In this document: in pieces, positions 17,057 through 25,333 of the stretch
Layout of the letters: every line of letters starts with the position of its first letter
Position numbering within the stretch: the first letter of the stretch is position 1
Origin: Pyrodictium abyssi
GTDB lineage: Archaea > Thermoproteota > Thermoprotei_A > Sulfolobales > Pyrodictiaceae
Direction of reading: 5' to 3'
Assembly (NCBI RefSeq): GCF_036323395.1
Contig: NZ_AP028907.1
Span: 2,192,220-2,224,219, forward strand
DNA length: 32,000 nt
Program-made: the position numbers and the translations under genes
Notes under the pieces: model-generated
The model's database searches: none
What the model was told of the DNA's origin: nothing
Seen by the model: the letters and a program-made list of their open reading frames with translations, nothing else

Positions 17057-18078
17057 TTACACCTCACAGCTTAAGGTACGCCGGGTGCTGATGGCCTGCA
17101 TCGTCTAGAAGGCCCTCGTATCCCGGCCTCGCTGGCACGTAGCTCGCAGAAACGGCTCTGACCTAACCTACTCTGGCTCGACCAGGGCTTCCTCTCCAGG
17201 AGCTTCTACAGCACAAGCCTTACTCATAGACTAGAGTAGAGGAGGCTGGAGAGTAACACCGTTAGCAAGAATCGCTGTGAGAGCCTCAACCATGGCTAGC
17301 CCTAAGCAGCCCGCTAGGCTTCCCTTCCAGGCCCAAGGTACACCGCGTCCACGCTGAGGAACTCCCCGAGGAACCCGCCTAGGCCCTCTGCAAGACCATC
17401 AACAAACCTCTTTCACGGTACTAGCGTGCCCGGCGATCCAGGGACTGTTGGAGTAGCACCGGAGCGCCGGTTGCCGTTCATCATGGATGACGGCTAAGCC
17501 TCGCTTGCCGCCCTCTCCCTCAAACAGTACTAGGTTCAACCCCTCTAGGTTTAGTAGCGTCTGCATAGCCGCACACCCTTAACCACCGCTCTCCTCCTTA
17601 CCCTGCTCTGGAGTTCTTGCCTGCTCCCGGTATTTCAGTGAGCCTATGCAACTGCTCATCGTTTAGCCTCACGTAGCCTCTCTGCTCATGTTGATGCCAG
17701 GGTTGATACTGGGATGCTGCTGTGGCTATAGCCTGGTTGGAGGAGCGTGACCGCTGGAGGCTATTAGGCTCCGTATCCCGGTGGACGCTGTTAGGGAGTT
17801 GTTCGGCTATAGGGGGGTTAGCTTGTCTAGGAGTATTGACGGGTGCTGGACAAGTATTCAGAGAAAGTAACTAAGACCTAAAATATTTAGGATAAAGCTC
17901 TTTTAATGGTACTTGGCGTGAGGTCAGCCTTACATGCCTCATTCACGAGGTTGACAACAATTAGATAGTCGCATGCTAGTGATCAGAACGCTAACCTAAG
18001 CACCAAACACTAACGGCAACAACGAAGATAGAGGTCCATACAGTAACAGTTACCGGGACACCCGCATCAACCCATACA

Positions 18079-18315
18079 GTGCCGAGAAACACCTACAACT
18101 ACGAAATTCTAGAGTACTTCCCTATCGATGAAGGACGCTACGCTCTATACATGTTCGTGGACACCATGAATAACATGAGTGCCACCTACCAAATAACTAT
18201 ACAACAACGAGCCTACACCAGGGCAGGCCTAATCTTCCTGATGACTCTCGCTAAGATAAACGGGTCAGGAAGACCGCTGAACTCAGCATTGTACGGGAGA
18301 CTCAACTCGCCTTGA
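18079..18315 (+). CDS. hypothetical small protein
   Basis: 78 aa ORF with a GTG start in an AT-rich segment. No recognisable motif. Confidence 0.25.
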   Translation: MPRNTYNYEILEYFPIDEGRYALYMFVDTMNNMSATYQITIQQRAYTRAGLIFLMTLAKINGSGRPLNSALYGRLNSP

Positions 18316-18602
18316 AGCACTAAGACACCATGTACACCGACTACACCTAGTGTTCTTAGGCCTGTTATCCAGCTAGAGTCCTTGAAGGTCTAGCAAGTAC
18401 GTAGTTGGCAGCCAACCCTATGGAGTCCTCAAGGCATCCTTGTTCGAAGCTGTAGCTGAGTAGGATATCGACGCGAGGAGTTCTAGAACTCTAGGGTCTT
18501 TGGGATTAGGCAAAGCACAACATACTGCCCCTCCCCCTTTAAGCTCTGCGGTAGGCTATTAGCCTGGAGAGCTACCTAAAGCAGTCTTGGAGGCGCTCTG
18601 TT

Positions 18603-18911
18603 TTGTGCTTCTGGACTCCAGAGATAACAGTTGTGAAAAGGGATGGTAGTAAGGAGCCCTTCATGTACGAGAAGGTCGTCGTGTCCTGTCTAAAAGCTGG
18701 CGCGACGCTGGATGCTGCCCGGAGAATCGCTACAAAGGTGCTTGCTAGGCTTATCTCTGAGAACCGGAAGGAGGTTACTGCAAAGGAACTCACCCGCTGG
18801 ATACTAGAGCTGCTTCGCGAGGAGAATGAGGAGTGGTACCGTAACTGGATAGTCTTCGACAGAGCTGTCAAGAGGAGGAGGACCGAGGAGGAGCTAAAGT
18901 CTCCCCAGTAG
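18603..18911 (+). CDS. stand-alone ATP-cone domain protein
   Basis: ITVVKRDGSKEPFMYEKVVVSCLKAGATLDAARRIATKVLARLISENRKEVTAKELTRWILELL matches the ATP-cone pattern (vKRDGr.epFd.eKi...). The start is uncertain: TTG at 18603 or a nearby GTG. Confidence 0.65.
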   Translation: MCFWTPEITVVKRDGSKEPFMYEKVVVSCLKAGATLDAARRIATKVLARLISENRKEVTAKELTRWILELLREENEEWYRNWIVFDRAVKRRRTEEELKSPQ

Positions 18912-19152
18912 AGCCCATGTTTTTACTCTCCTCCCTCAACAATATCCGTAGGCAATCGATTATAGCCTCCCTGGACAAGGGCATGCCTATCCTAGACCCC
19001 CAACGGCCCTGAGGTATGAATGCTCTTACCGGAGCTTCATCGCAACGGATATCCATGGAGGAGAGTTGCTCCTCGACAACATAGCATAGGGTCCGCCTTT
19101 TGGCTACTAGCTCTAGGCCAGCATTAGCATCTGTTCGTCTTCACCCATTCAA

Positions 19153-19989
19153 TTATATTAACCATGTCGTAGATCTTTTCTCGCAGTATTCTACTAGCAG
19201 GTCGAAGAGTCGCTTGTACCGCTCGGCTTCTCGCTGGAAGTAGAGGACGTTTTCCAGCCTGGCATTGGCCCTGTCTACGAGCCCTATTATCTTTGAGAGA
19301 TAGCCGTCTGGAGCCGAGACGTCTATCACTAGTTCCTCGATATCATGCTCTAGTTCTACGCTGTTTAGCCTTATAAGCCCGTGTAGCAGCTCGTGGATGG
19401 CTAGGTCAAGTACGTGGCTCTCCCCATGGAGATCGTTGACGTAGACTGCGGTGACGGGGTTCTCATCGTCGAAGTAGAGCATAGTCCCGAAGGACATGCC
19501 GGGCATGGGGTTGAAGCCGTAGACTACGTAGAGCTTCGTAAAGAACCGTTTAAACCCAAATACCTTCTCTATATAGCTGATTATCTTGTCTTTCTTTCTC
19601 CGGTATAGATTGCTAACTCTTTCGCCTATATCAGCAAAGATTGCCCTAACTTCGCCCCATCTATGTATGCTGATGGCCTTTAACTCGTTTAGGATAATGT
19701 CGACTTCTCTGTCGGAGGTTGATGCTATTCCCGCCAGCTCTGTGAACAGCTTGTTCCACAAGTTGCTTCTCTCGATACAGTATGATACGTGGAGTAGCGG
19801 CCCAAACAGCTGGCGTAGAGAACATGGGGTATCGACCGGACGGGCGAATATGGGATGTGAATCAAATCGTAAATAGAGGCGGCCAGGTACGCCTCCTTGC
19901 TGACGACGGGTATGAGCTCCATATTCCTGGTTCCTCTCTACTACACGCTGCCTCCGGCAACGTCCTTTGTTCTTATAAAATGCTTTCAC
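19153..19989 (-). CDS. putative Zn-metallopeptidase-like protein (HExxH)
   Basis: LDLAIHELLHGLIRL contains HExxH. YVVYGFNPMPGMSFGTMLYFDDE and the C-terminal DGYLSKIIGLV parallel 21603..22588. The N-terminal roughly 40 codons of the listed ORF look like junk. A more protein-like start (MELIPVVSKEAYLAASIYDL, 19922) lies in another frame, so the start is uncertain or there may be a frameshift. Confidence 0.5.
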   Translation of the reverse strand: MKAFYKNKGRCRRQRVVERNQEYGAHTRRQQGGVPGRLYLRFDSHPIFARPVDTPCSLRQLFGPLLHVSYCIERSNLWNKLFTELAGIASTSDREVDIILNELKAISIHRWGEVRAIFADIGERVSNLYRRKKDKIISYIEKVFGFKRFFTKLYVVYGFNPMPGMSFGTMLYFDDENPVTAVYVNDLHGESHVLDLAIHELLHGLIRLNSVELEHDIEELVIDVSAPDGYLSKIIGLVDRANARLENVLYFQREAERYKRLFDLLVEYCEKRSTTWLI

Positions 19990-20090
19990 AGCGTACTAGT
20001 ACCCCACCATGCGGTAGTGTAGTGCTAGGAAGCGTGCGGCGCCAGAGCCCCGGAGCTGGTTGCTGTGAATTGTGCTCGTTGGGGCTGGCT

Positions 20091-20538
20091 TTACGGGATT
20101 GTTCTTAGCCAGGGTATTCTCTTGAAGTCCTCGTCGAAGGTGAGGATAGCGTCTATGCCGTAGTGCCTGCATGTTGATGCTATTACTGCGTCGCTTGGTG
20201 TCAGTTTGTAGTTCTCCATAATCTCTAGTAGTTGTCTGGGCTCGGCGTAGTCCTGTAGTATGGTTATCCCTAGCTGCTCTATGACATCTATTAGTGTCCA
20301 TAACTTATCCATTGCAAAGTCTAGCCCGTGTACTGTAATGTGCCTCTTTACCCTGTCTAGCCTCCTTAGTCCTAGACGCTCGAGTGCTAGCCTCCTTATG
20401 GATACATAACATTACCTCGTCGATAACACGGATGGAGGTTGCTAGGTCTCTGTGCTGCGTGAGGAGTTGCGCAGCTTTATCGGAGTACTCGCTTTCAAAG
20501 ATATAGTAGACCAGCACATTCGAGTCAACAAACTTCAA
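20091..20538 (-). pseudogene. vapC: PIN-domain VapC toxin with a frameshift near 20405-20415
   Basis: The N-terminal half (MKFVDSNVLVYYIFE...SIRVIDEV, ORF 20305..20538) and the C-terminal half (...YVSIRRLALERLGLRRLDRVKRHITVHGLDFAMDKLW...LTPSDAVIASTCRHYGIDAILTFDEDFKRIPWL, ORF 20091..20312 and its open upstream extension to 20411) lie in different frames. Confidence 0.75.
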
Positions 20539-20559
20539 ACCAAGCCACCGCCCCTGCTA

Positions 20560-20775
20560 CTAGAAGCTCTCAAGCTCCGCCTCAAGGAGCAGCTCGTCGA
20601 GCTCCTTCTTCGAAGCCCTGCCCATGAATCCCTTGTATCTCTCGACTATCCTTCTTCTTTCCTCGTCTGTAAGTATAATGGCTATTAGTATCTCTTCCCC
20701 TTCCTGTAGCTGTAGGGGCTCTAGTGGCTTAAGTACGCCCCCCTCATAGCGGGCACGTATAGTTTTCAGAGCCAT
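20560..20775 (-). CDS. DUF104/AF2212-like antitoxin (VapB partner)
   Basis: MALKTIRARYEGGVLKPLEPLQLQEGEEILIAI, the same family signature as 1198..1401. Located upstream of the broken PIN gene. Confidence 0.8.
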   Translation of the reverse strand: MALKTIRARYEGGVLKPLEPLQLQEGEEILIAIILTDEERRRIVERYKGFMGRASKKELDELLLEAELESF

Positions 20776-21083
20776 GCGGGGTCCCTAAAGTAGTGTACTT
20801 ACTGAAGTCCTTTTAGCTCTTTAGCTCTTCTATAGACGAGCCAGGCTACCCGGAGCACATGGGGGAAGCCTTATGATAGGCTTCTACTTTACGGCTCCGC
20901 GGGCGTTCTTTAAGACTGCGAGCTAGGGTGTCATGTTCAAGGCTTCTATGCACGATACCACACGGCCATCTAATGGTGCATTAATGCTAGGCTTAACGTG
21001 TCTTGGCTTGCCGGGTGTAGTGGTATAAGTGGGGTTTAGCGTGTCTCTATTGGCTAGTGGGATGGACGAGTTTGAGTACTGCT

Positions 21084-21600
21084 GTGAGTATTCCTAGGAG
21101 GCTCTACGAGGAGGCGAAGAAGCAGAGCATAGACGTGGAGTCTCGGATTGTTGAGTTCCTGGCTAGGGGCTGAAGCCTAATCCTAGGGGTGAGGCTGGTC
21201 TGCACCTCGAGCTTGTGGAGATGTATCTCCGGGAAGCACCTCGCTCTTCGAGAAGAGCTACTGTGCAGGCTAGCAAGAAGCTCTACAAGGTTACTGAGTG
21301 AGGAGGTAATCAGGGCTATGGCGGAGGCCCTGGGACTCCGGGGGTCGGAGAGGCCAGGAGAAGGAACGAGTGGACTCTAAGACTGCTAGACTCCGCCGCT
21401 AGCACGCTCTCAGAAAGGATAGACAGGAGGATATACGACGGGGATCACGCCTACTTCCTACATGTGGAGGGTCTCCATGGAGCACGCCCGGGCGTAGAGC
21501 AGGTGAAGATGCGGGCAAATTACGTGGAAGAGTTCCCTGGAGATAGCCAGGAGAGTAGTATCCGGGAGAAGCTAGCCCCCGCAGGCTACGCCTACACACC
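21084..21600 (+). pseudogene. PaREP1-family gene with multiple frameshifts and stops
   Basis: The pieces read across three frames: SIPRRLYEEAKKQSIDVESRIVEFLARG* / GLKPNPRGEAGLHLELVEMYLRE...QASKKLYKVTE* / EEVIRAMAEALGL... / NEWTLRLLDSAASTLSERIDRRIYDGDHAYFLHVEGLHGARPGVEQVKMRANYVEEF. The order and motifs match a PaREP1-like protein. The boundaries are approximate. Confidence 0.5.
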
Positions 21601-21602
21601 CT

Positions 21603-22588
21603 TTGCTCCAAAAGGAGGGCGCCCAGCACCATGCCTTCGGGGCCTGCCTGTTGGCTGTGGAAGTGGTGGATACGCTGCCTTCCCTCCTCAGCGCCTGCAG
21701 GGCCGGGGCGTGCGGTGCTCGTAGGCTGCTGGAGGGCTATGTGGAGCCTAATAGAGGGGTTCTCGCCGGCTACATCGACGAGCACCTGGACGGCTCGGCG
21801 GAGAGGCTAGCGGAGAGGGTCCGGGGTGCGCTGTCCTGGTTCCCTGGTCTCCTAGCCCGTATAGCCGGGGGCGTGGCTCCGAGGATCGATGCGAGCGTGA
21901 TAGCATCGAGGGTAGAGGAGGGTGTTTCTGCGCTTTCCCAGCTGCTCGGCGTAGACCCGGGCGGCGTGAGGCTGGTCTTTATGGTGACTGGGTTTGACTC
22001 CGCGCTCTCGGCCTACGGTGGGACGATATACGTGGGCCTAGAGTGGTTCGTTGAGCCCAGCGCGCTGGGTCTACGGGAGGATGATCCGCCTACCCCTGTG
22101 CTCTCCCGGCTGTCCCGCGACCCCACCGGCTTCATAGTGTCTAACGCGGTCCATGAGCTGGTCCACATCCTTACCCCGAGGGTCGCCGGGGATCCGCTTC
22201 TTGCGAGGCTCCTCGAGGAGGGCCGGGCCGTCAACATAGCGTGGCTGCTGACCGGGGCCTCGAAGGAAGCCGTGCCCCCTGGTGTACCACGGGCTCAGCG
22301 ACTACGCCAAGTGCCTCACAAAAGATGCTCCATGCTCTGCACCGGCACGTAAGGGGGGCGATCTGAGGATACCGGGAGCGTGCTCTTCACGATACACGAA
22401 AGGGCCGGGTCTGCGGGCTAAGGCTCTCCGGCTACTACATGGGCCTCTACCTCGCCCAGCTGCTCCACGACTACTACAACGGCGGCCTAGCCCGGCTCGC
22501 CAAGCTAGACAACACAGCTGATCTAGAAGCACTACTCGTCAACGCATTCCCCGGAGGCGGCCAAGGCCACAGACATGCACATGAGTAG
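21603..22588 (+). pseudogene. HExxH metallopeptidase-like paralogue, apparently frameshifted near its 3' end
   Basis: The main ORF 21603..22352 contains VFMVTGFDSALSAYGGTIYVGLEWF and NAVHELVHIL. The expected C-terminus (GYYMGLYLAQLLHDYYNGGLARLAKLDNTADLEALLVNAF...*) is open in another frame at 22367..22588. The true start is uncertain. Confidence 0.45.
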
Positions 22589-22708
22589 CATATAGTATGG
22601 GAACCATTATATAGCTGTGGGCTAGGTGTACCAGGAGCTGGTGATCTCCCCTGCCGGAGCATGCTAGGAGACTATACCTAGTACACGGGAGATGCTGTAG
22701 AGCCCGGT

Positions 22709-23674
22709 ATGCTTGAGCCGTGCAGTTTCCCCGACGAAGGCGTGCTTCAGCGTTTCCTCGCAGCTAATCCTGATGTCCTCGGAGACGTCCTCGGTCTCCG
22801 CCTCGATGTTTGTGCCGCCGAGGTCTCTCTCCATGGAGGGTTGAGTGCTGACCTTGTATTCTTAGCGCGTGGTGACAGACCGGCCGTGATTGTTGTGGAA
22901 ACGAAGCGTGCTGACGCTACCCGTCTGCGCCGCGAGGCTCTGGCTCAGCTCCTAGAGTAGATGGCTCAGATCGCAGAGGATCCTGATGGGCCGGCTATGG
23001 CATGTCTTGGTAGGAATGCCGCCGAGCAGATAGTGGAGGAAGCCCAGAAAGCAGCGGAAGATGGCCGGATCCACGGCGTCATTGTGGCGGAGAAGATGAC
23101 AGACTACCTAAAGAACGCGCTAGCATATCTTAACGCTAGGCTTCAGGGTACTATGCTCTGGGGCGTAGAGGCTAGGCCTTATTGCAGCCGTGGAGGCGGG
23201 GAGCCGGTCCTAACTGAGCTAGAGGCTATGGTATCTCCTGCTGATAAGAAGGACGGCACGTTGAAGGCAGTGAGGAGGAAATGGAGCTATTCTGAGCTGC
23301 GCGAGGTATACGGGAGCATAGAGGACACAGCGCTGCGTGAGAGGCTCCTGGATCTCCTTGAATGAGCTCAGGAGAAGGGCCTACTGGAAACGTACCCAGC
23401 CACAGCGCCAAGATTCCGTATAGGAGGAGTTGTCTCAGTTAACCCCGGAGGAACACTCTACGTGAGGTTCGGGAAGAGCGCCGAGAAGATCCTGGCCAAG
23501 CCTCTGAGACAGCGGCTACTTGAGGGCCTCAAAGAGCTGGGTCTACTGGACACTGACATCACGGACGCAGATAGTCAACGAGACGGGAAAGGCACAAAGA
23601 GCATAGCCGAGCTGAGCGACGAAGAATACGAGAGGCTAAAGGAGCTTCTCGAGGAAACACTGCGGCAAGCGTAA
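22709..23674 (+). pseudogene. NucS/DUF91-like PD-(D/E)xK nuclease-domain gene interrupted by two in-frame stops
   Basis: Three listed ORFs (22709..22960, 22961..23365, 23462..23674) share one frame, and 23366-23461 is open. The junctions read QLLE[TAG]MAQI and DLLE[TGA]AQEKGLLETY. The nuclease core is SADLVFLARGDRPAVIVVETKRADA...QLLE. Confidence 0.65.
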
Positions 23675-23697
23675 GCAAGAATCCGCAGGAGTCCTCT

Positions 23698-23717
23698 GAA
23701 TCCCGGCGGACCCGCCA
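23698..23717 (+). repeat. tRNA 3'-end-like fragment including CCA; possible att remnant
   Basis: gaat-cccgg-cggaccc-g-cca. It shares aatcccggcgg[a/g]cccg with 17041-17056 (one mismatch in 16 nt). No T-stem 5' strand or other tRNA parts lie upstream. Confidence 0.45.
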
Positions 23718-24019
23718 AGCAATGTCTTCTCCTATTACATCCTATTACGTTAGATTGTACGAGAGTAATAATGGTTAGCTGTTCTCTAGCCTAGAAATTC
23801 AGTTCTTACTACCTCTTCCTTCAACTTAGTGGCTTCATTATACGCTATTGATATCACTATGGTCTGATTAGCTTCTCCCTCACACCCGCTATGCCACATA
23901 TTAGCTTGAGAAACTACATTGATGAAACTAAGCCATACTACTAAGTATCGGGGCTATATTTCTCTCCAGGTAATGCTAATTAGCTACATTACATAATGTG
24001 CTTCTACATTGTGAGTCCT

Positions 24020-24453
24020 TTATGTTCCTTTCACTGTTTTTAGCCAGGGGACTCTTCCAAAGTCTTCATCAAAGGTTGCTATATTCTCTATACCGTAGGC
24101 TCTGCATGTAGCTGCTATCAAGGCATCATTTGGTAGTAATTTATACTTCGTCATATACTCTATCAAAGTATCGATACCTATGCTAGTCGGTAAATGCTCG
24201 AAACATGTGAATAAGGGGTACACATCATGCCATAGTAGCTCTTTAACCTCATCTGTGTATTTGACTTATGTATTTTCTGAGCCTATACCTAGAAACATTA
24301 AGAGCCAGCCTTAAGTACCCGTAAACAACCTCGCTAACCACAACATCATTTATGTATCCTTTCCACTCGCCACGCTCAACCGCATCTATGAGTTTCTTAG
24401 CTTCCACACTACCGGCAAGATACTTGAGAAAGACGTTAGAGTCAAAAGAACAC
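24020..24453 (-). pseudogene. vapC: PIN-domain VapC toxin with two frame disruptions
   Basis: FDSNVFLKYLAGSVEAKKLIDAVERGEWKGYINDVVVSEVVYGYLRLALNVSRYRLRKY is in one frame but has no usable start. The GTG at 24453 is out of frame because of an extra base in the A/T run at 24444-24447. A second shift at 24249-24268 leads into VKYTDEVKELLWHDVYPLF...LLPNDALIAATCRAYGIENIATFDEDFGRVPWL (ORF 24020..24223). Confidence 0.7.
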
Positions 24454-24649
24454 CCTCATTCTCAATCTCCTCGATAACCTTGTCGATGTCCTCGGGCTTC
24501 AAGTCAGGTTTCCTGCGGAGAAGGACGCCAAATACGTGAGAGGGTGCTCTACGGATAATGATCTCGATTTCTTCTCCCTCCCTGAGGTCTAGTTTCTCGA
24601 GAGGCTTTAGCACCCCTTTCTCATACCTCGCACGGATAACTCTAGACAA
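24386..24649 (-). CDS. DUF104/AF2212-like antitoxin, with a C-terminal read-through extension
   Basis: The TTG at 24649 gives MSRVIRARYEKGVLKPLEKLDLREGEEIEIII, matching its paralogues. The listed ORF starts at ATG 24673. The tail ...IENEGVLLTLTSFSSILPVVWKLRNS runs into the PIN gene. Confidence 0.75.
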   Translation of the reverse strand: MSRVIRARYEKGVLKPLEKLDLREGEEIEIIIRRAPSHVFGVLLRRKPDLKPEDIDKVIEEIENEGVLLTLTSFSSILPVVWKLRNS

Positions 24650-24681
24650 CCTAGTTCTCACCTGCTTTCGCATTTTTTACC

Positions 24682-24688
24682 TATATAA
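24682..24688 (-). promoter_or_regulatory. candidate archaeal TATA box for the vapB gene
   Basis: The minus strand reads ccggTTATATAggtaaaaaa, 33-39 nt upstream of the TTG at 24649. This is compatible with a short-leader or leaderless transcript. Confidence 0.35.
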
Positions 24689-24986
24689 CCGGCTAGCCTC
24701 TGTCTCACTTCAAGAAACTTCTCCAGGTTATCTCTCATAAAAGTTTGACAAAGGACAAGCCTACCCCCGAGGTGGCTAGTTCTCCTTCACGGGTTCAGAC
24801 CATCCTATATGGTGTGGCCATGTTTATTCCTTCTGCTTCATTCGGGTACTCCGGGGTTCTATGGACCCGGCAGGCCCGCCTGGTTCTCCTGATGAACTTG
24901 GGCTTCCTAGCGCTCATGTCTACGGCCTGAACTGTATGTAGTAATTATGTAGTACGTGTTAGACTCATACACCCTAGGTAGCCGTC

Positions 24987-25058
24987 TTAACAGTGGTGGT
25001 AGTGGTCTCTACGCTTGAAGGCTGCTATGATGACCCCGGTGTCTAGGAGTATGCTCAA
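24987..25058 (-). pseudogene. truncated PIN toxin (only about 23 codons remain)
   Basis: The TTG overlaps the antitoxin stop (TTGA). Translation is MSILLDTGVIIAAFKRRDHYHHC*. The N-terminal LLDTG motif is PIN-like, but no continuation is recognisable in any frame downstream. Confidence 0.5.
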
Positions 25059-25333
25059 CTGTAGAGTACCTCGTCGATTCTTGTGGAAGCGTCTTCGGGG
25101 CCTTCGAAGCTGTGCTCTTCTAGCAGCTTTTCGGCCTCCTTGGGGCTTAGTGGCTTCCAGCCGCCTTGGAGCTCTGCGATGATCTCGTCTCTCTTTTTCG
25201 CGGCGAGTCTTAGGGCGGCTGCTAGTATGTCCTGTAGCCGGTAGCGCACCCCGGTCTCGAGCAGTATCCTGGCCTGTAGCTCTTCGAGGAGCTTCTTGGA
25301 GGCTGTATCCAGCTTTACGCTGGTCCCGGCCAC
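25055..25333 (-). CDS. VapB-type antitoxin (ribbon-helix-helix-like N-terminus)
   Basis: 92 aa. TSVKLDTASKKLLEELQARILLETGVRYRLQDILAAAL, then KPLSPKEAEKLLE...STRIDEVLYS. Its stop overlaps the PIN remnant start. Confidence 0.55.
   Translation of the reverse strand: MAGTSVKLDTASKKLLEELQARILLETGVRYRLQDILAAALRLAAKKRDEIIAELQGGWKPLSPKEAEKLLEEHSFEGPEDASTRIDEVLYS

Larger units (their letters stand above)
17057..23697. mobile_element. putative decayed integrated element bounded by tRNA-3'-end-like direct repeats (no integrase recognised)
   Basis: Bounded by aatcccggcgggcccg (17041-56) and aatcccggcggacccg (23699-714). The interior is compositionally mosaic and dominated by pseudogenes and an ORF-free kilobase. 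Confidence 0.3.

Noticed and set aside
17002-17057. A complete tRNA gene after the permease.
   Set aside because: Only the T-arm and acceptor 3' strand are present. No complementary gggcccg 5' strand, D-arm or anticodon arm lies upstream, and the T-loop reads TTT instead of TTC. A split or intron-containing tRNA cannot be excluded without tRNAscan-SE.
17311-17336. An SRP-RNA-like motif on the minus strand (gggcctggaagggaagcc).
   Set aside because: It only loosely resembles the helix-8 GGAA/AGCA loop region. No surrounding Alu or S-domain helices could be built by eye. The same stretch reads as a decayed protein frame.
23718-24019. A CRISPR array or other periodic repeats in the AT-rich intergenic stretches (23.7-24.0 kb, 17.8-18.1 kb, 30.0-30.2 kb), searched for because of the Cas6-like gene.
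   Set aside because: Only trivial short duplications are seen, such as cctattac twice. No regularly spaced 24-37 nt repeats were found by eye.
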